Below are positions 39,033 through 52,264 of a stretch of 64,000 nt of DNA, one piece after another. The notes below the pieces were generated by a model. The model had not been told where the DNA came from and searched no databases. It saw only the letters and a program-made list of their open reading frames with translations. This DNA is from Sphagnum compactum (lineage: Eukaryota): positions 5,518,001-5,582,000 of the forward strand of contig OZ234494.1 of NCBI GenBank assembly GCA_965153455.1, given 5' to 3'. A program made the position numbers and the translations under genes. Each line of letters opens with the position of its first letter. Positions within the stretch are counted from its first letter, which is position 1.

Positions 39033-40716
39033 GTATCAACTAAGAATAGATCTTTTTCATCCAAAATCCAAACAAGATGATCATCTAACATCCAAAACAA
39101 TAATACTAAAACACTCTCAAAAAAAGTACAATTTCAGATTATATGTTTTTTTGCGAATTCTTAGGCCAAGATGAAACCAAGTAAACCCAGCTTGTACAAT
39201 ACAAAACAATTTGAATATAGGGTTTTTTTGAGTAAATGGAAAGCCCATTGTGTGATTGAGAACTTATTAACCCAATTTCTTTTGAATCTTCAAACTAAAT
39301 GAGTTTATTGAGCATTCTAATAACCCGGAGTTTTTTTAAGGTCTACTTTAAGACCTCCCTAGCTGCGCACTTGACACATGTGATTTTGTTTTAAAAATTA
39401 TACATGTTAATTAAATGTGCCACGATTGGAGCTTATTGAAATTTGTCATTTACAGAAAATCTGGAATTCGAGTGTATGACTTACTTGAAAGCTTGAACAT
39501 GGCACATCTAGAGCTTACCCAAAAGCTTGAAGCCACTCACTCTGAAAAGAGGAAGTGATTTTGCGAAAAACCATTGCCAGCTCAAGCAAAAAGTCTTGGG
39601 TCTTGATTAAGGAAATCAAAGAGACTGCCAATTGGATGGGTGGTCAGATGGGTGCTCCCAAGCAAATTGGGAAGCATGTTACAACTCAAAGATCACACTG
39701 CCAGCACTTGTAAAGAGTCATCCCTAACAAAGAATTTCAATATCCAAAGAAAAACTAGGACTTTGTCCTTGACTACCAAAGCCTGATTGAAATTTTATAA
39801 GTGTACAATCTGAGAAGAATTCAGTAGTGAACTAACCTGACAACTCTTCACACATGTATCAGCCATTCAGTGCTGACCCAATGAAAGCCACACCTCTGGA
39901 GGTAGAAGTTGAATGCTGCTAAAAAAACCTGCCCAAACACAGTGCACTGCAACTCTTAACAAGCAAGCAAGAAACAAAAAGCATGTCTTTCTGCCACCAG
40001 TAAAACATTATCTATCAGAGAAAAACCATCAGATAAGAAGAACTTGTATATCTTGCCTTTTGAAGCAACAGATTTGAATCACAATGCAAAGGAAGGGGTG
40101 AAAGGAGCATTGTGCATGGACAATAGAAAACTAGGGCCATCAATGTAAGGAGTTACTTGGAACTGCTGATTTCGGTGGAAATATGGTAAATGGCATGTCC
40201 AGTCAAAAAGTTCTCACATGGTTGGTATTTGTAGTCTTCTTCTTGGGAGGTGGTTCAATTTCTGCAGCTGGATTCACACTTCATAAATTTCTCATCCTCC
40301 TGCATTTCTAAGTTTGACCCCAACATCTTATCATCAAGTGAAAAACCAATCATATGGGATGGTGTTAGGCCATTCATGCTTTCACCATATGGTACCTGTA
40401 CCAAGAAACTCAAGGAGAACAAGTACATATGCCTGCCCCAAGTGCTTCAACATTAGACAATGCAATGAGGCAGAAAAAAGAAAGTGCAAACACCCGTGTG
40501 TTAAATAAATTTCAAATTTTGCTACAAATAACAGTTGATTCTACTGCATTTCTAACACCAAACATTGCCAACCACAGGAAAGCCTGTTTGCACATGACTA
40601 TCCATGACTGAATGTTGAAATCCCACCTTTCTCTGGATGCCATGCACGTAATCCACAATGTGGGCATGCTGACAACTTCTTTGGGTGTGAGTGTGATGCT
40701 ATATGGGAACCATCTA

Positions 40717-41210
40717 TCAGACAAGACAATCCATCTCACCCAGATAACTTGCTTATCGCTTACACACAATCCAATAATGAGCTCTTTTGGATGGAAGGCT
40801 GCATCACTCACTGAGTCTGTGTGACCTGGAAGCTGTGGTAATATCAGCATACATGACAATGCATCAGAATTGAACAAATGAACCGGAACATAGTTGTGTG
40901 GTCCTTGAAACCATAATAGAACAAGACGCGCACTGACTGAGCTCAGCTCCTACCCATCCCCTTAAACGCCAGGTATCAGCTACAGTAAGATGTCTTGTAT
41001 CATGCAGCCACCTAGCTATGAATTATTCTAAGTGCCTAATAAGCTCTGGTATGATTAGCTACATCGGAGCAGGACTAAGCTGCCAACTACACTAAAATCC
41101 CCTACACATAGAACATCTCCAGTGGTGCTCAGCATGTGACCCTGCAAAATACTTCTCGCATCTAAGTTTAGTTATTTACTTTTCTCCAACCCCACCTGTA
41201 AAACTCAAAC
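40717..41210 (-). pseudogene. SNRNP40: U5 snRNP 40-kDa WD40 protein (SNRNP40-like) pseudogene fragment
   Basis: ILPQLPGHTDSVSDAAFHPKELIIGLCVSDKQV then a 1-nt frameshift to LGEMDCLV*. Matches the SNRNP40 C-terminus (ILYKLPGH.GSVNE..FHP.EPIIGSCSSDKQIYLGE). Upstream degenerate FTGGLE..., LQGH...TTG..., QLSP contain stops. Confidence 0.8.
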
Positions 41211-41841
41211 TGGGACTGCAAATGCGTGGGAAGATACTACTAGTAGCAACCCACCCTGGCCCAATCAAACTATCTAGTCGATCAACAGCAGGTGGGCTTT
41301 GCTGTGCCTTTTACCGGCCTCTTCATCTTGTGGGAAAATGCTGGGTCAAAACCATTTTGCTGAGCCAAACCATCATGTTTTGACTTTTCTTCATCCAATT
41401 TTCTTTGCAGGGCCACAGACTCAGCACAAGCGGAGTTGCTCTTAGGTGATTATCACAGTCTTCACTGCCATCTAAAGCTTTCAAAGCAGAAACCCATACA
41501 AGTTTTGACTGTTTGAACCCTTCTGCACTGCACATTGCCAATGCACCTCCATACCACAACTACATATCCACAACTACACATGCACCAGCTTTGTTATAAG
41601 AAGATGCTGAAGCAGATTCTCTGAGCTCTTAGGAACAGTCTGGAGCTTGTTCGGAGAAGCCTGCAGTTGGCCACAAGAGGCAGGAGAATTTGATGACGAA
41701 GGGGGTTGCTGCTCACCATGGTATGTATCATCTCACTGAGCTCATCTTCCATCTCCCACCTGCTGGAATTCTCTTCTGCTGCAACTCATCAGAGGATCTG
41801 GTTTGCTCAGAGAAAATTTCTCTTCGCTCCACTTGCATGGA

Positions 41842-42150
41842 GAGGGTTTAGGGTTTAGGGTTTTAGAGTCTTTGTGGACTACGGTTTGCTGCCAATTGCG
41901 GGTTTACTGATTTGCATTTTGTGCAATTTTTGCATCAAAGTCTTCTGTAACAAATGCAAGTTTTGATACTGTGGAGCGAGCAGGTCTGTTATCATATGGG
42001 AGGGTTTAGGGTTTTAGGGTCTCCTTCCTACTAAGGTTGCTGCCAATTGTGGTTTACTGATTTGTATTTTGTGCAATGTCTTGTAGCAAAGTCTTTTCTA
42101 ACAAATGGAAGTTTTGATACCGTGGAGCATGCAGATCTGTACCATTGGGG
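41842..42150 (+). repeat. ~155-bp tandem duplication, each unit headed by AGGGTTTAGGGTTT (telo-box)
   Basis: 41842-42000 and 42001-42150 align along their length (TGCTGCCAATTG..GGTTTACTGATTTG..TTTTGTGCAAT...AAAGTCTT...AACAAATG.AAGTTTTGATAC.GTGGAGC). Confidence 0.85.
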
Positions 42151-45100
42151 AGGAGGACGACAATGACGACTTTAAGCGAGAGACACGCCTTTGTTAGCTA
42201 TGAAGAAGGCTTGGCTAGTGAATGGGTTCAGTAGTGTACCAGTTCCAAGTCCTTTGTGTGGAGTTGTGCAAATCCTAGGTATTCTTCCAGCTGAACCAAT
42301 CTGGAAGAAGAAGAAGAACTCTACAGATGGGTTCATGCAGGGGCTCCAAGAGCAGCCAGGCTGATTCAGGGTTTACAGCCCTTGTCCTGTTCAGGGGGTT
42401 TGGAGCACATTGAACATGATGATGAGGCAGGCCACATGATGATGTCCCTTCTGATCAATGCTGATCAGGATGTACCAAACATGAGTACTTACACTCTGAC
42501 AAAGTGGTGAGGAAGAAGCTGTGCTTCTGGTGCAGAATTGAGCTATCAGCACTACTCTTTTGAGCTATTAGAACCCATTTGAGAGCTTGCACATTGAGAT
42601 GCAGTTGGTCCACTTCAGATATGACGGAATGTTTTGGATTTGGTGAATCCTGTTGGAAGTCGTGGGAGCAGACTCTTAAAAGAAACTCACCTTTTCGCAT
42701 AAGACAAAAGTGGCAGTCTGAATAATTGCTAGATAGGCTGGGCTCATGCAAGAGCAAACTCATAAATTTGTAGCAACTGTGATATTAAGTTCCCGTTTGG
42801 TATCCCAAAGGAAAAGTGCGAGAGCACCATTGTGGATCATGTCACAGAGAAAAAACGAAATTCATGATATAACTGCTTTACCATTGTGTCTGCTCACAGG
42901 CAATCCAAGACAAGAGGATCCTTCCTGCTGGTCCTACAGTTCTGCGCTGATCCTTGTACTTGAAGGCAAGTTTTTTGTTTCTTGCAATCAATTCTTAGAG
43001 GGAGGTTGAAGCTAAGAATCTCATATTCCAGTTGATTCAGATTATAATTTAGAGCAATTTTGTGATGCAGGGCTATCATGGGTTGCAATCAGTTGGGGTG
43101 GTGGCCCAATGGTCATGGCAGAATGATTCATGTGTACTACTAGCTCTTGCTTTACAAAACCTACATTAGTGAGGTACTTCTCAACTTCAAACAGCAAGCT
43201 CTTGTCTCTCTTTGGCTTCATCTCATTTCATCCCCCATTCTCAGTCACAAATGTCAAGAAGGATCACATTATGTTTGTAGGAAAATGTGAAACAGAAATC
43301 ATCAAGAGGATAGTCATGGCGGCTGTTGCTCAGCCCTCCCTGTCAGTAAAAAGTGTGCTCACCTTTTTTGACTGCTTTTTGCATCCTATGCCGGGTGTGA
43401 CACTTGGAGGCACATGAAAAGAAAGACTGGTGATGGGAGATATGTGCCTTCCATGAACCATCTGGCAATGGCTATCAAAGCTCCCAGTCTTACTTTTCAT
43501 CTTAGAAGAGACCCGTGACTTGACTTGAAAAACCAATTTCCATGCTTTCTTTCACTGTTTGGGGTTGTGGGTCATTCATCAATGACCTGGAACTAGGTAT
43601 CTCCGAGCTTTCCATTTTCCTCATCACTTTGTGTCATAGAAGACTGATACCTCAAGATGTCTTGGGTGTGTTCAATCATGCAGCACAGTGGCAGCAGGCC
43701 CACCTGCAAAGGTGGTGGGCTTCTTAGAGGAACCAACACCTTCCTTGACCATGAAGCATGGTACTGATCTATTGCCCTTCTGGAGACAAGTTGTCTTTCA
43801 ACTGTGAAATGCTCACCATGTACCCACATGTTGTTCAACTCCTCAACGAATAGATAGTTTCTCAGAAAACTTTCCAGAAGTCCAGATGCTGCACAAGGGT
43901 ATTTGTGAAGAGGTTGGAAGAAGTAGGGCAACAACAACAGCTGGGAGTTGATGTTTGGACTGGGGTAACTGGTGTTTAGTGCAATCTCAAATTTGAGGGT
44001 TTTTAATCCATGCCTCAACTTTGTGCCATTGTGACAAACATGGAGTTGAACAAATTATGTCCGTACAAGCGTGTGAGTATTTCATGTCAGCATCACTTTT
44101 GTGCAACTGTCAATTGGGTAAGTGTTTACTATAAGACTATGATGCTTGTGTTGGAGATCAAACACATTTGTGTGTAGGGTAAAGCCTGAGGCCACGGGTT
44201 TTACTGGAATAAGGGCCTGCATGAGGCAGAGCCAAGTGTAAGCCCAATTCCAGTAAAGCCTGCAGCCAAGGGCTGCACTGAGCATAAAGACTTATGCTCA
44301 GATTTTATGGGAAAAAATTAAATGACATGGGGCATTTCAGAAAACAGTATGCTCACGCTTGCAGAAGGCATAGGCATTCTGTTTTCCAAAATGCCCTGCC
44401 AGTGTTTATGCTCAACAACACTCTACAATGCACTCTCTAAGTACACTAGAAAAATCCAAGGAGGTCTTTACAATGTAGCAGAGTTGTTGAGAGGTTCTCA
44501 AGCATATTTGAATGCCAAGCAAAAAAAAAAATTGTGGGTATAATTTGGAGAGAGCAGTTATCAGCAGCAGAGTATAAGAATTGCTACCGCAAGAAACTTG
44601 TGTAAACTGCACTTGTGAAAACTTTGAAGCAGAGACTGGGCAGCATGTGTATTATATGTGACTAGGTACTGTAATTGTCACTCAGGACAGATTCCACTCT
44701 TCACTGCAAGCCTCTTAGGGTCAACTGATCTTTCAAATGCATATAACCGGCACATATGGAGAACCATTCTGAGGTCTAGCTAAATAGTGTTAAAAGTTTT
44801 CTATTGATGTGGCAGAATCTCTGTTGAGTGCTGATTACATCAGATACTGGCCAATGGTCAAAATGTGGGAGAATTTGCGTCCTGAGTGCCAACTGGGTAC
44901 ATGCAGAGGATGTCTAGAAAGTGTGCACATGATGAAAACAAAACCATGAAATGGGTGTTGTTGCAATTCTCAAGGCAGGAATGTGTGTTGGGGAACTTAG
45001 CTGAGACTCTTATTCTTCCCTTGATTCTCATTTTGTCTTTAAGGATAATCCAAAAAGAGCATGCAGGGATGTTACAGGATATGCCCCAAGAGCCAAAAAG

Positions 45101-45326
45101 GCTCAACTCTCAACCCCACCACAAGCTCCTAACAAGGTTGTAAGTAAACCAGCTTGTACTTTGCCACATTTTACGACATGTGGGCTGTTTTATATTAATT
45201 TCCCACACAAATTCTGTAACAAGTTGCCACCTATAAAATGGTTACAGAACATGGAGCAATGGCCTTGATTCCAGCCTGGTGGTTGTACCTTTTCTTCTTT
45301 GCTTCCAAAAAACAAAACAAAACGAA

Positions 45327-46705
45327 ACAAGGGGTGCATCACACATTGGCCTTGCCATTTACATTAAAGAGTATCTTAAGGCAAAAGAAGAATTAGGGAA
45401 ACTCAAATATTTCAGCATAAAAAAATATAATCTTAAAAAAATCCTCTAAAAGAAACCCAAAATCCTTCAAGATAGTATAACTCTATTATAACTAATCTCA
45501 AGTTTCAACACAAGCCCAAAATATCATCTTTCGAAAACCCCTCATATGAAAACAGACCTATTACCTAGGGGAAGAGGAGGAGAAGGAGGAGGAGGAGGAG
45601 GAGGAGGAGAGGGAAACTGCATGATCCCCAAAACATGCAGAATCTTGAGTCAATTTATAATCACAGAAAGTGAGCATCTGAGAAGTGGCTTCAAAAGTCA
45701 GTCACCCATCATCCATCCTCTTTTGAGTGAATGGTAGGTTAGGATTCTACCAAAGTCAGTGGCATGTATGCTTTTCAGATTGCATCAGCAGTGAATGAAT
45801 GTGGGTTCAAAACTTGGTCCATCAACCCAAACAAAAACACCTCCCCCCTCACTCCTGACATATTGCCCAAATAGAAACATGTCCACATGGCAACTTGTAT
45901 AAATGACAAGACTACAAGGGTTTTTTGCAACCTCCATATCTACCAAATCAAAGTTCGTGCAAACATAAGTTTTATTTATAAAAAACTTGCATCTGCATTT
46001 CAAAGGAATGATCTGGGAATAACTCCCTTCCTTGATTATGGATGAACATGGTTTCTTCCCTATTCATTCCCAAAAAAACCAAAGAAAAAAAAAATCACAA
46101 ACAAACAAAGAAGATAAACAAATAAATAAATAAAGACAAGGAAATCAAATAAACACATGAAGATGACTTATGAAACTAAAAAAGTTGACAAGAACATTGA
46201 CTACCACTAGTGCATGCAATTCCACATGGATAGCCATGCTCCCCTCCCCAATATAAAAGATTGAGTATGTTTGCCTCGTAATCGTTACAAACAAAAAAAA
46301 ACCTACTCAAACAAACTCTAGTGACATGTTTGCCATATTTGCCCCATCACAACCCCCTAAACCCACCAGCCAAAAAAGAAAAAAAAGACTAAACTTGTTT
46401 GTCTTGCTCCCATCGCACAAAAAGGAAAAACTTTTTTCAAAACCTCGGTACTCACAAAAGAAAAGACAAGGGGGTGTGTCACACTGTGGCCTTGCCATTT
46501 ACATTAACAATATGTATCTTAAGGCAAAAGAAGAATGAGGGAAACTCAAATATTTCAGCATGCAAAAATATAATCTTCAAAAAAATCCTCTAAAAGAAAC
46601 CCAAAATCCTTCAAGATATTACAAACTCTATAATAACTAATCTTAACACAAGCAAAAATATCATCTTTCAAAAATCCTCATATGAAAATAGACCTATTAT
46701 CTAGG
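45327..46705 (+). repeat. Pair of ~240-bp direct repeats (45327-45570 and 46466-46705)
   Basis: Both read ACAAGGGG...GGCCTTGCCATTTACATTAA...TATCTTAAGGCAAAAGAAGAAT..GGGAAACTCAAATATTTCAGCAT...AAAATCCTCTAAAAGAAACCCAAAATCCTTCAAGATA...CTCATATGAAAA.AGACCTATTA.CTAGG. Confidence 0.85.
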
Positions 46706-47349
46706 TGCCAAAATCCCTTAAGCTACTATGCTCTCTAATGAATCTAAACACAATATCCTTTGCCTTGGTAGGCAAAGCCAACAAAGAAAAATCGGGCCTT
46801 TTGAACTCGTATTGAGTTCACTCATTGAGTAACAATTTTTATTTTTATTTTTGTTTTGTTCCTTTGCTTTGTTCAACACCATTGTTGGCAGGAACAGAAA
46901 CTATGGGACATAGAACAGATTAGCACTGACCTTAAACAACCTCCTTTCCGAAGTTTGCAAATGTCAGTGCGGTGGGCCAGAGTGAACCAACACCCACTAA
47001 CACACTCTGTTGGATGGATATCACGTGGAAGCCTATCAAGGTTGCAAATGGCAATGCAATGGGCCAAAGTGAACCAACACCCACCAACAACACCACAGTG
47101 TACCAGCACCTACCAGCACACCATGAAGGATGGATGGTAACTCATAGTTATGGTAAGTCATAACTTCATAGTTTGATTTTGCTTGTAGGGGAGAGAGGAG
47201 AATTTCTTTTTTTTTTTTTTTTTTTTGGGAGTGGGGGAAGGGTGAGCCTTTTTTATCTTTTGTTGAGGGGAGGAAGAGGAGGATTTTTCTTTTTCCTCTC
47301 TCTTTTTTTGGGTTTAGGTTTGGGGGAAGGGTGGGGTTGTCAATTTGAA

Positions 47350-47770
47350 AACCCATGCAATTTAGAAAACTATAATTAATTAATGATACAACTATAAGAA
47401 TGCTACTACATGCTAGGAAACCCCTAGTTGAGCAATTGCTCATAAATATTTTTTATTTTATTACAATTCAGTGAAAATTGAACCACATGTGCCTACTTAC
47501 ATATGTTTACCATGAAATTTCGAGAACTGAAAAGAAATATAAAAATTATACAAGTTCAAAAATTCATCACAAAATGCTAGGAAACCTCTAGTTGAACCAT
47601 TGCACATAAATATTTCTGATTTTATTCGAATTTGGTGAAGATTGAGCCACAAGTAACTATTAACATATGTCCACCCATGCAATTTAGAGAACTAGAAAAA
47701 AAATAGAATTATAAAACTTTGAAAATTCATCACAAATGCTACAAAAGTTAAGAAACCCATAGTTGAACAC
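47350..47770 (+). repeat. ~165-bp diverged tandem repeat (~2.5 copies)
   Basis: Recurring CCATG(C/A)AATTT(A/C)GAGAACT...AAAATTCATCACAAA.TGCTA...GAAACC..TAGTTGA(G/A)C. Confidence 0.6.
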
Positions 47771-47955
47771 ATTCATATCATTTTTTTTAATGATTGGAGT
47801 AATTTCCATTGAACGACATGACTTTAGAAAAAATATTATATAAACCACACATTATTCAAGTGTTGAATTTGAGAGTCACCCAACCATTGTGTTGGCCCCC
47901 ACCCACCCACCCGCCCCCTGCCCCAATAACTTAACTTTTGATCTATGTACAAGAT

Positions 47956-49030
47956 CTATGTGGAATGTTATTTCACAAAGCAAGCACCAAAACAAATTGT
48001 AACATCACCACAAGTAGGATAAAATCAATTCACCTTCTTTTTACACATCACACACAACTTTCTTCTCTTTTATGTTTCTATCCATTGCATAGAATAATGC
48101 AACCTTTCAAGATTGGGTGCAAAAGCCCCCACCATTGTTGTTGCTTTTAAGTAGAACATGTGCCTTTTTTTTAGAACCCTAGCTAAAGCCATGTAAAACT
48201 TCAAAATGTGACATTTTTATAGCGACTTGCCAAGTCGAATCCTATGCACCTTGTACATAATGTACAAGTTCACAATAGTGGTGTCAATGATATGGAACAC
48301 GATTCAATGCCACCATTTGTGATCCCTCATTTGTAAAATATAGTATCCACAAGGTTGATCTTGGACATCAACTCCACACATGCACTCGTGGTAATGTACC
48401 AACATTGGGCTAATAGGGATCTCTACTCAACCAATTAAATGCCACCATGTGGCAAATGTGGCACCTATAGAGTCAATTGGATTGAAACAATGGACAAAAT
48501 GGAAACTAGTTTGTTATCAAACCAAAAAATTACAACAAGTTTACTTGAAACATGCATGTGATATTAGAATTGTCTTCTTGATCCTCTCTTTGGATCAACA
48601 ATCAAAGTACTAGACCATCCCTTACAGTCAATCTTATTAGTCCTTGTTGTGTGCACCCCAACCTTCAAAAGATATCAAAACAATCTAGGGTTAAACAAAA
48701 AGTTATCAAATGTGACAATGTAATTATTGTTCTTATACCTATCCATCAACATGTATACAATCTTGTATCCCATGTTCAACATCCTCATGACATGTATCAT
48801 AACATAATTCCATTTTGTACACAAACTTAGACTTGACATTAACCAAGCACCAAATCTTTATTCCATACCCTCAACGTTTAGTTTTCATGTATTGTCAAGT
48901 GGGCAAATATTTCCTGATATACTTGACCATCATTTCATCCACACACAAATTTTATTCTACATTCCAAAATTGCCCATGCAATTCATTGTAGGCTCCATTT
49001 AGTCACCTAGTCTTTGCAATTTTGTCATAG
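47956..49030 (-). mobile_element. piggyBac-type (DDD) transposase relic including C-terminal Cys-rich domain
   Basis: Minus strand, in correct order: DPTYDKIAKTR*L; FWNVE*NLCVDEMMVKYIRKYLPT*QYMKTKR*GYGIKIWCLVNVKSKFVY; RIVYMLMDRYKNNNYIVTFDNF..PRLF*YLLKVGVH; WFDNKLVSILS; IPISPMLVHYHECMCGVDVQDQ..YY......KWWH*IVFHIIDTTIVNLYIMY; CVMCKRR...TCGDVTICFGACFVK*H. Confidence 0.85.
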
Positions 49031-52000
49031 GTAGGATCATCCATATATGTTATGACTAGCTTGTTGTCAACTAAGGTAGGCAAACAAGTAGGAGGTAGGT
49101 TGGTAGGAGGGTGGATTAACTTGGTGTGAAAGTTGGGTTTCATCCATTTGAGCTCAAAATGAAAGCAAATGGGATGATGTGCTCATGGGTGTTAGGTCAC
49201 TTTGGCTAATGTGAATTATTACACAATTTTACACCATATGCAGTTCATGTTTTGCAATATTACAACCCTAAACATATATTGTTGTTTTTTGACATTTTTG
49301 TTCTTCCTTAATTCACTTTTCCACATTTTCGACTGTTGCATGTTGCATGAACTTCATACATTTTTGTGTGTCCCATAACCTTCAAACTTGGCAATCCTAT
49401 GCGACGAATTATGTCTAATAACCTTTGCAATTTTTTTGGTTACCTAGTCCATATCGCATTTGCTAGAATGGCCATGTACAACATATGCTTATAAAAAATG
49501 AAGTATTGGTTACCCTTAGGAATAATTGGGTAGTTATCTTGCTACAATCTTCAATTATGTGAAGGGTGTTTGATACAATATATATTTGAGGTTACAACTT
49601 GTTACTTACATCTTTAGCTATGTTGAATTACAAACCTACCTAATCTAAGAGGTTGATAAAACCAACTAGACTTTAACACAATTGCATTGTTGAAACCAGT
49701 ACAACAATTCCATGTCAACAAACTTATTGAATGTTTTAAACTATGGAAAATTGAACATTATGGGAGTTTAGGAAAATGTGTGGTTCAACCTATAACCTAA
49801 ATTGCTTAACAAAGGGTTATTTAAAAGTTAGACTTTGAAACCTTAAGACAAATTAAATAAAAATTGTGAACTATGAAATTACAAACTTAGAGCACCTTCA
49901 TCAACAAGAACATAATGGTGTGTACACAATATTATCAATGAAGTACAACCTTTAAATAATGTGAACTTGAGTTTGAACTTTGAACCTATAAATTAATCAA
50001 TTATAATGGTTCATAAAACAATTAAATACATTTGACTGACTTATTCGAATAATTAAATTTAAATATTAATATATTTTCATTTGTTCTTTGAATCCTAAAA
50101 TAACAAAACAAAATTCCATAGTCATATAAATTCTTCACAAAATTATTTCCACTTCCGTTAATTTTAAAACATGTCATGAAACCATTTAAATCCAAATATG
50201 TGTTGATGTTGCATGAAAGGACAAAACATTTAATTTTCATGTGCAACAATTGAAAGATGACAATATGAGAAAGCAAATACGAAAAGGGATAAGGTGTGAA
50301 ATTGTCAAGTTAAAAACCATATATTAAATTATGCAAAAATCCTCCTATACTAGCTCCGATATCTCACTATGTACTAGAATATTTTTATATATGTAGGGAT
50401 GGAAATATAGTCAACAATTAGCACTCTATGGTGGAAGTGATAAAATGTTGGGTTTAGGCCCATAAGGGGGGGCATGGGTGGAGAGCATATGCTCATACCT
50501 TAAGCTTAATAAGTAGGTAATCTAGAAAGTGTGCAACTTGGTAGGTAATAAAGTCTTGGGGTGTTTCGTGTACGAAAACGAATATCTTTTCTTTGCTTGT
50601 AAACTACTCTTGGGATGGGACCCAGGCATTTATGGGACCCCGTCCCCCTTGGTCAGCTGGATACACGTGAGGTGCTTCTAGATCCATCTATGATGAGATT
50701 GGTTCATCCATCTATAAAAGACATGGACAATACGACTTTTGCAGCTTCAAGAATGCTCGAGGAAGTCACTCCCTTTTTTTCTTTTTCTTTTTTGAAACGT
50801 TTGAAATTAAAAGGTATTTCTAAAATTTGGTATGAAATCATGAAATGAAAAGACCCTTTTTTTTTTTCAAAAAATTGAGAATATTTGAAATACATTCTCA
50901 TAATGAGGAACTCTATTTATAACTTAGGTATATTATTATTTTTTAACTTCCAAAATGAATTAGTTTCACCTTATAAATTTTTGCATGCCGTTTGAAATAA
51001 AATTTAAGTGGCATAAAGGAAATGATATATGGATTTCAAACTATGGTCACTCCGCACACATCTTCACTTTGATATTCTAAACACCCTCTTGTTTTTTCAA
51101 TTTTGTGTGGTACGTGGACGGTGCAATCATCCCCAAGAGGAATGAGCCAAATTTGGCCACAAGTTAGACACCGAAAGCAGAAATTTTTTAGAATCATGCT
51201 TTGTTTTGGTGACCTCAAGGAATTTGCCATCTAAATATTATAATGACTTGAGACTCTTTTTTTCCTCAAAATATGATGACTTTGGTGTATTTTTTCTTTA
51301 AAAAAAAATTTATTATTCATGATTTTATTTTATTTATTTTTGCGTCACCAGGGTGCAAAATTTTGCCACATGAAAAAAACATTGATTCGAAAGCAGCCGA
51401 AATTTCGGATGCAATTTTTTTAGTTTTGGATGCGTATGCACCCACCACATGACATGGTATTTTATTATTCTCCGAAAATTATGTGAACTTTCATCCGTAC
51501 ACAAGAAGATCTGTTCCCCTCCCCCCCCCACCTTTTTTTGTGGAGGGGATATGAATACCTTACCTTACGGTCGGTTTCATCATTAAATAATTGTCAAAAT
51601 AGTGAAATGAATTTTTGTGAAAAATATGAAGGCGAGGTGTTGAAAACCATCATAATTATCACAAGCTACTCATCTGAAAAAATTCACTCCTCTATGACAA
51701 TATCACAATAGATCATGAATTAATAATAATAATTTCATATTTGTATAAATGATTTTTTTGAAAAAAAAATTTTTTTTTGGTCAATGTGGAAGCTGACCCT
51801 AGGCTAGGGTAACTGAAAAAAAACTCCCTCATACCTCTCCACTTGATAGAAAAATAAAGAACTAATGTATAAAGTATAAAGGGCACATAGCTTTTTTATT
51901 AAATGTTTGTTTCTTTTTCTCTTTTTTTGGGAAATGACCAAATATGCATGCAAGGAATATTGCTTATTTTACTCCTTTTTATTAAAAAATTTCTAGTAAT

Positions 52001-52264
52001 TGGGATTTTATTTCGGCTAAAACCTCTTTTGCTTTGATTTGAAACTTGTGTTGTTGTTCTTTTTTTTCCCCTTTTTCTGATTATATTGGGTAACAATTTT
52101 AATTTCAATTCCATAAAAGAAAAGATTCAAAGTTGGCCCAAAGAGACCCTAAAATTACGGTTCTGTGCCCAAATTTTTTTAAAAGAAAATTTGCCACATT
52201 GCAAAAATTTCTGACCCCAAAAAAGAGGGAAATAGAACACAATTTCAATTTTCAAAAAGAAAAA

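Noticed and set aside
42490-44020. LINE-like (DKVVRKKLCFW) and permease-like snippets; 141-aa ORF 43593-44018
   Set aside because: Isolated short similarities without collinear supporting motifs.
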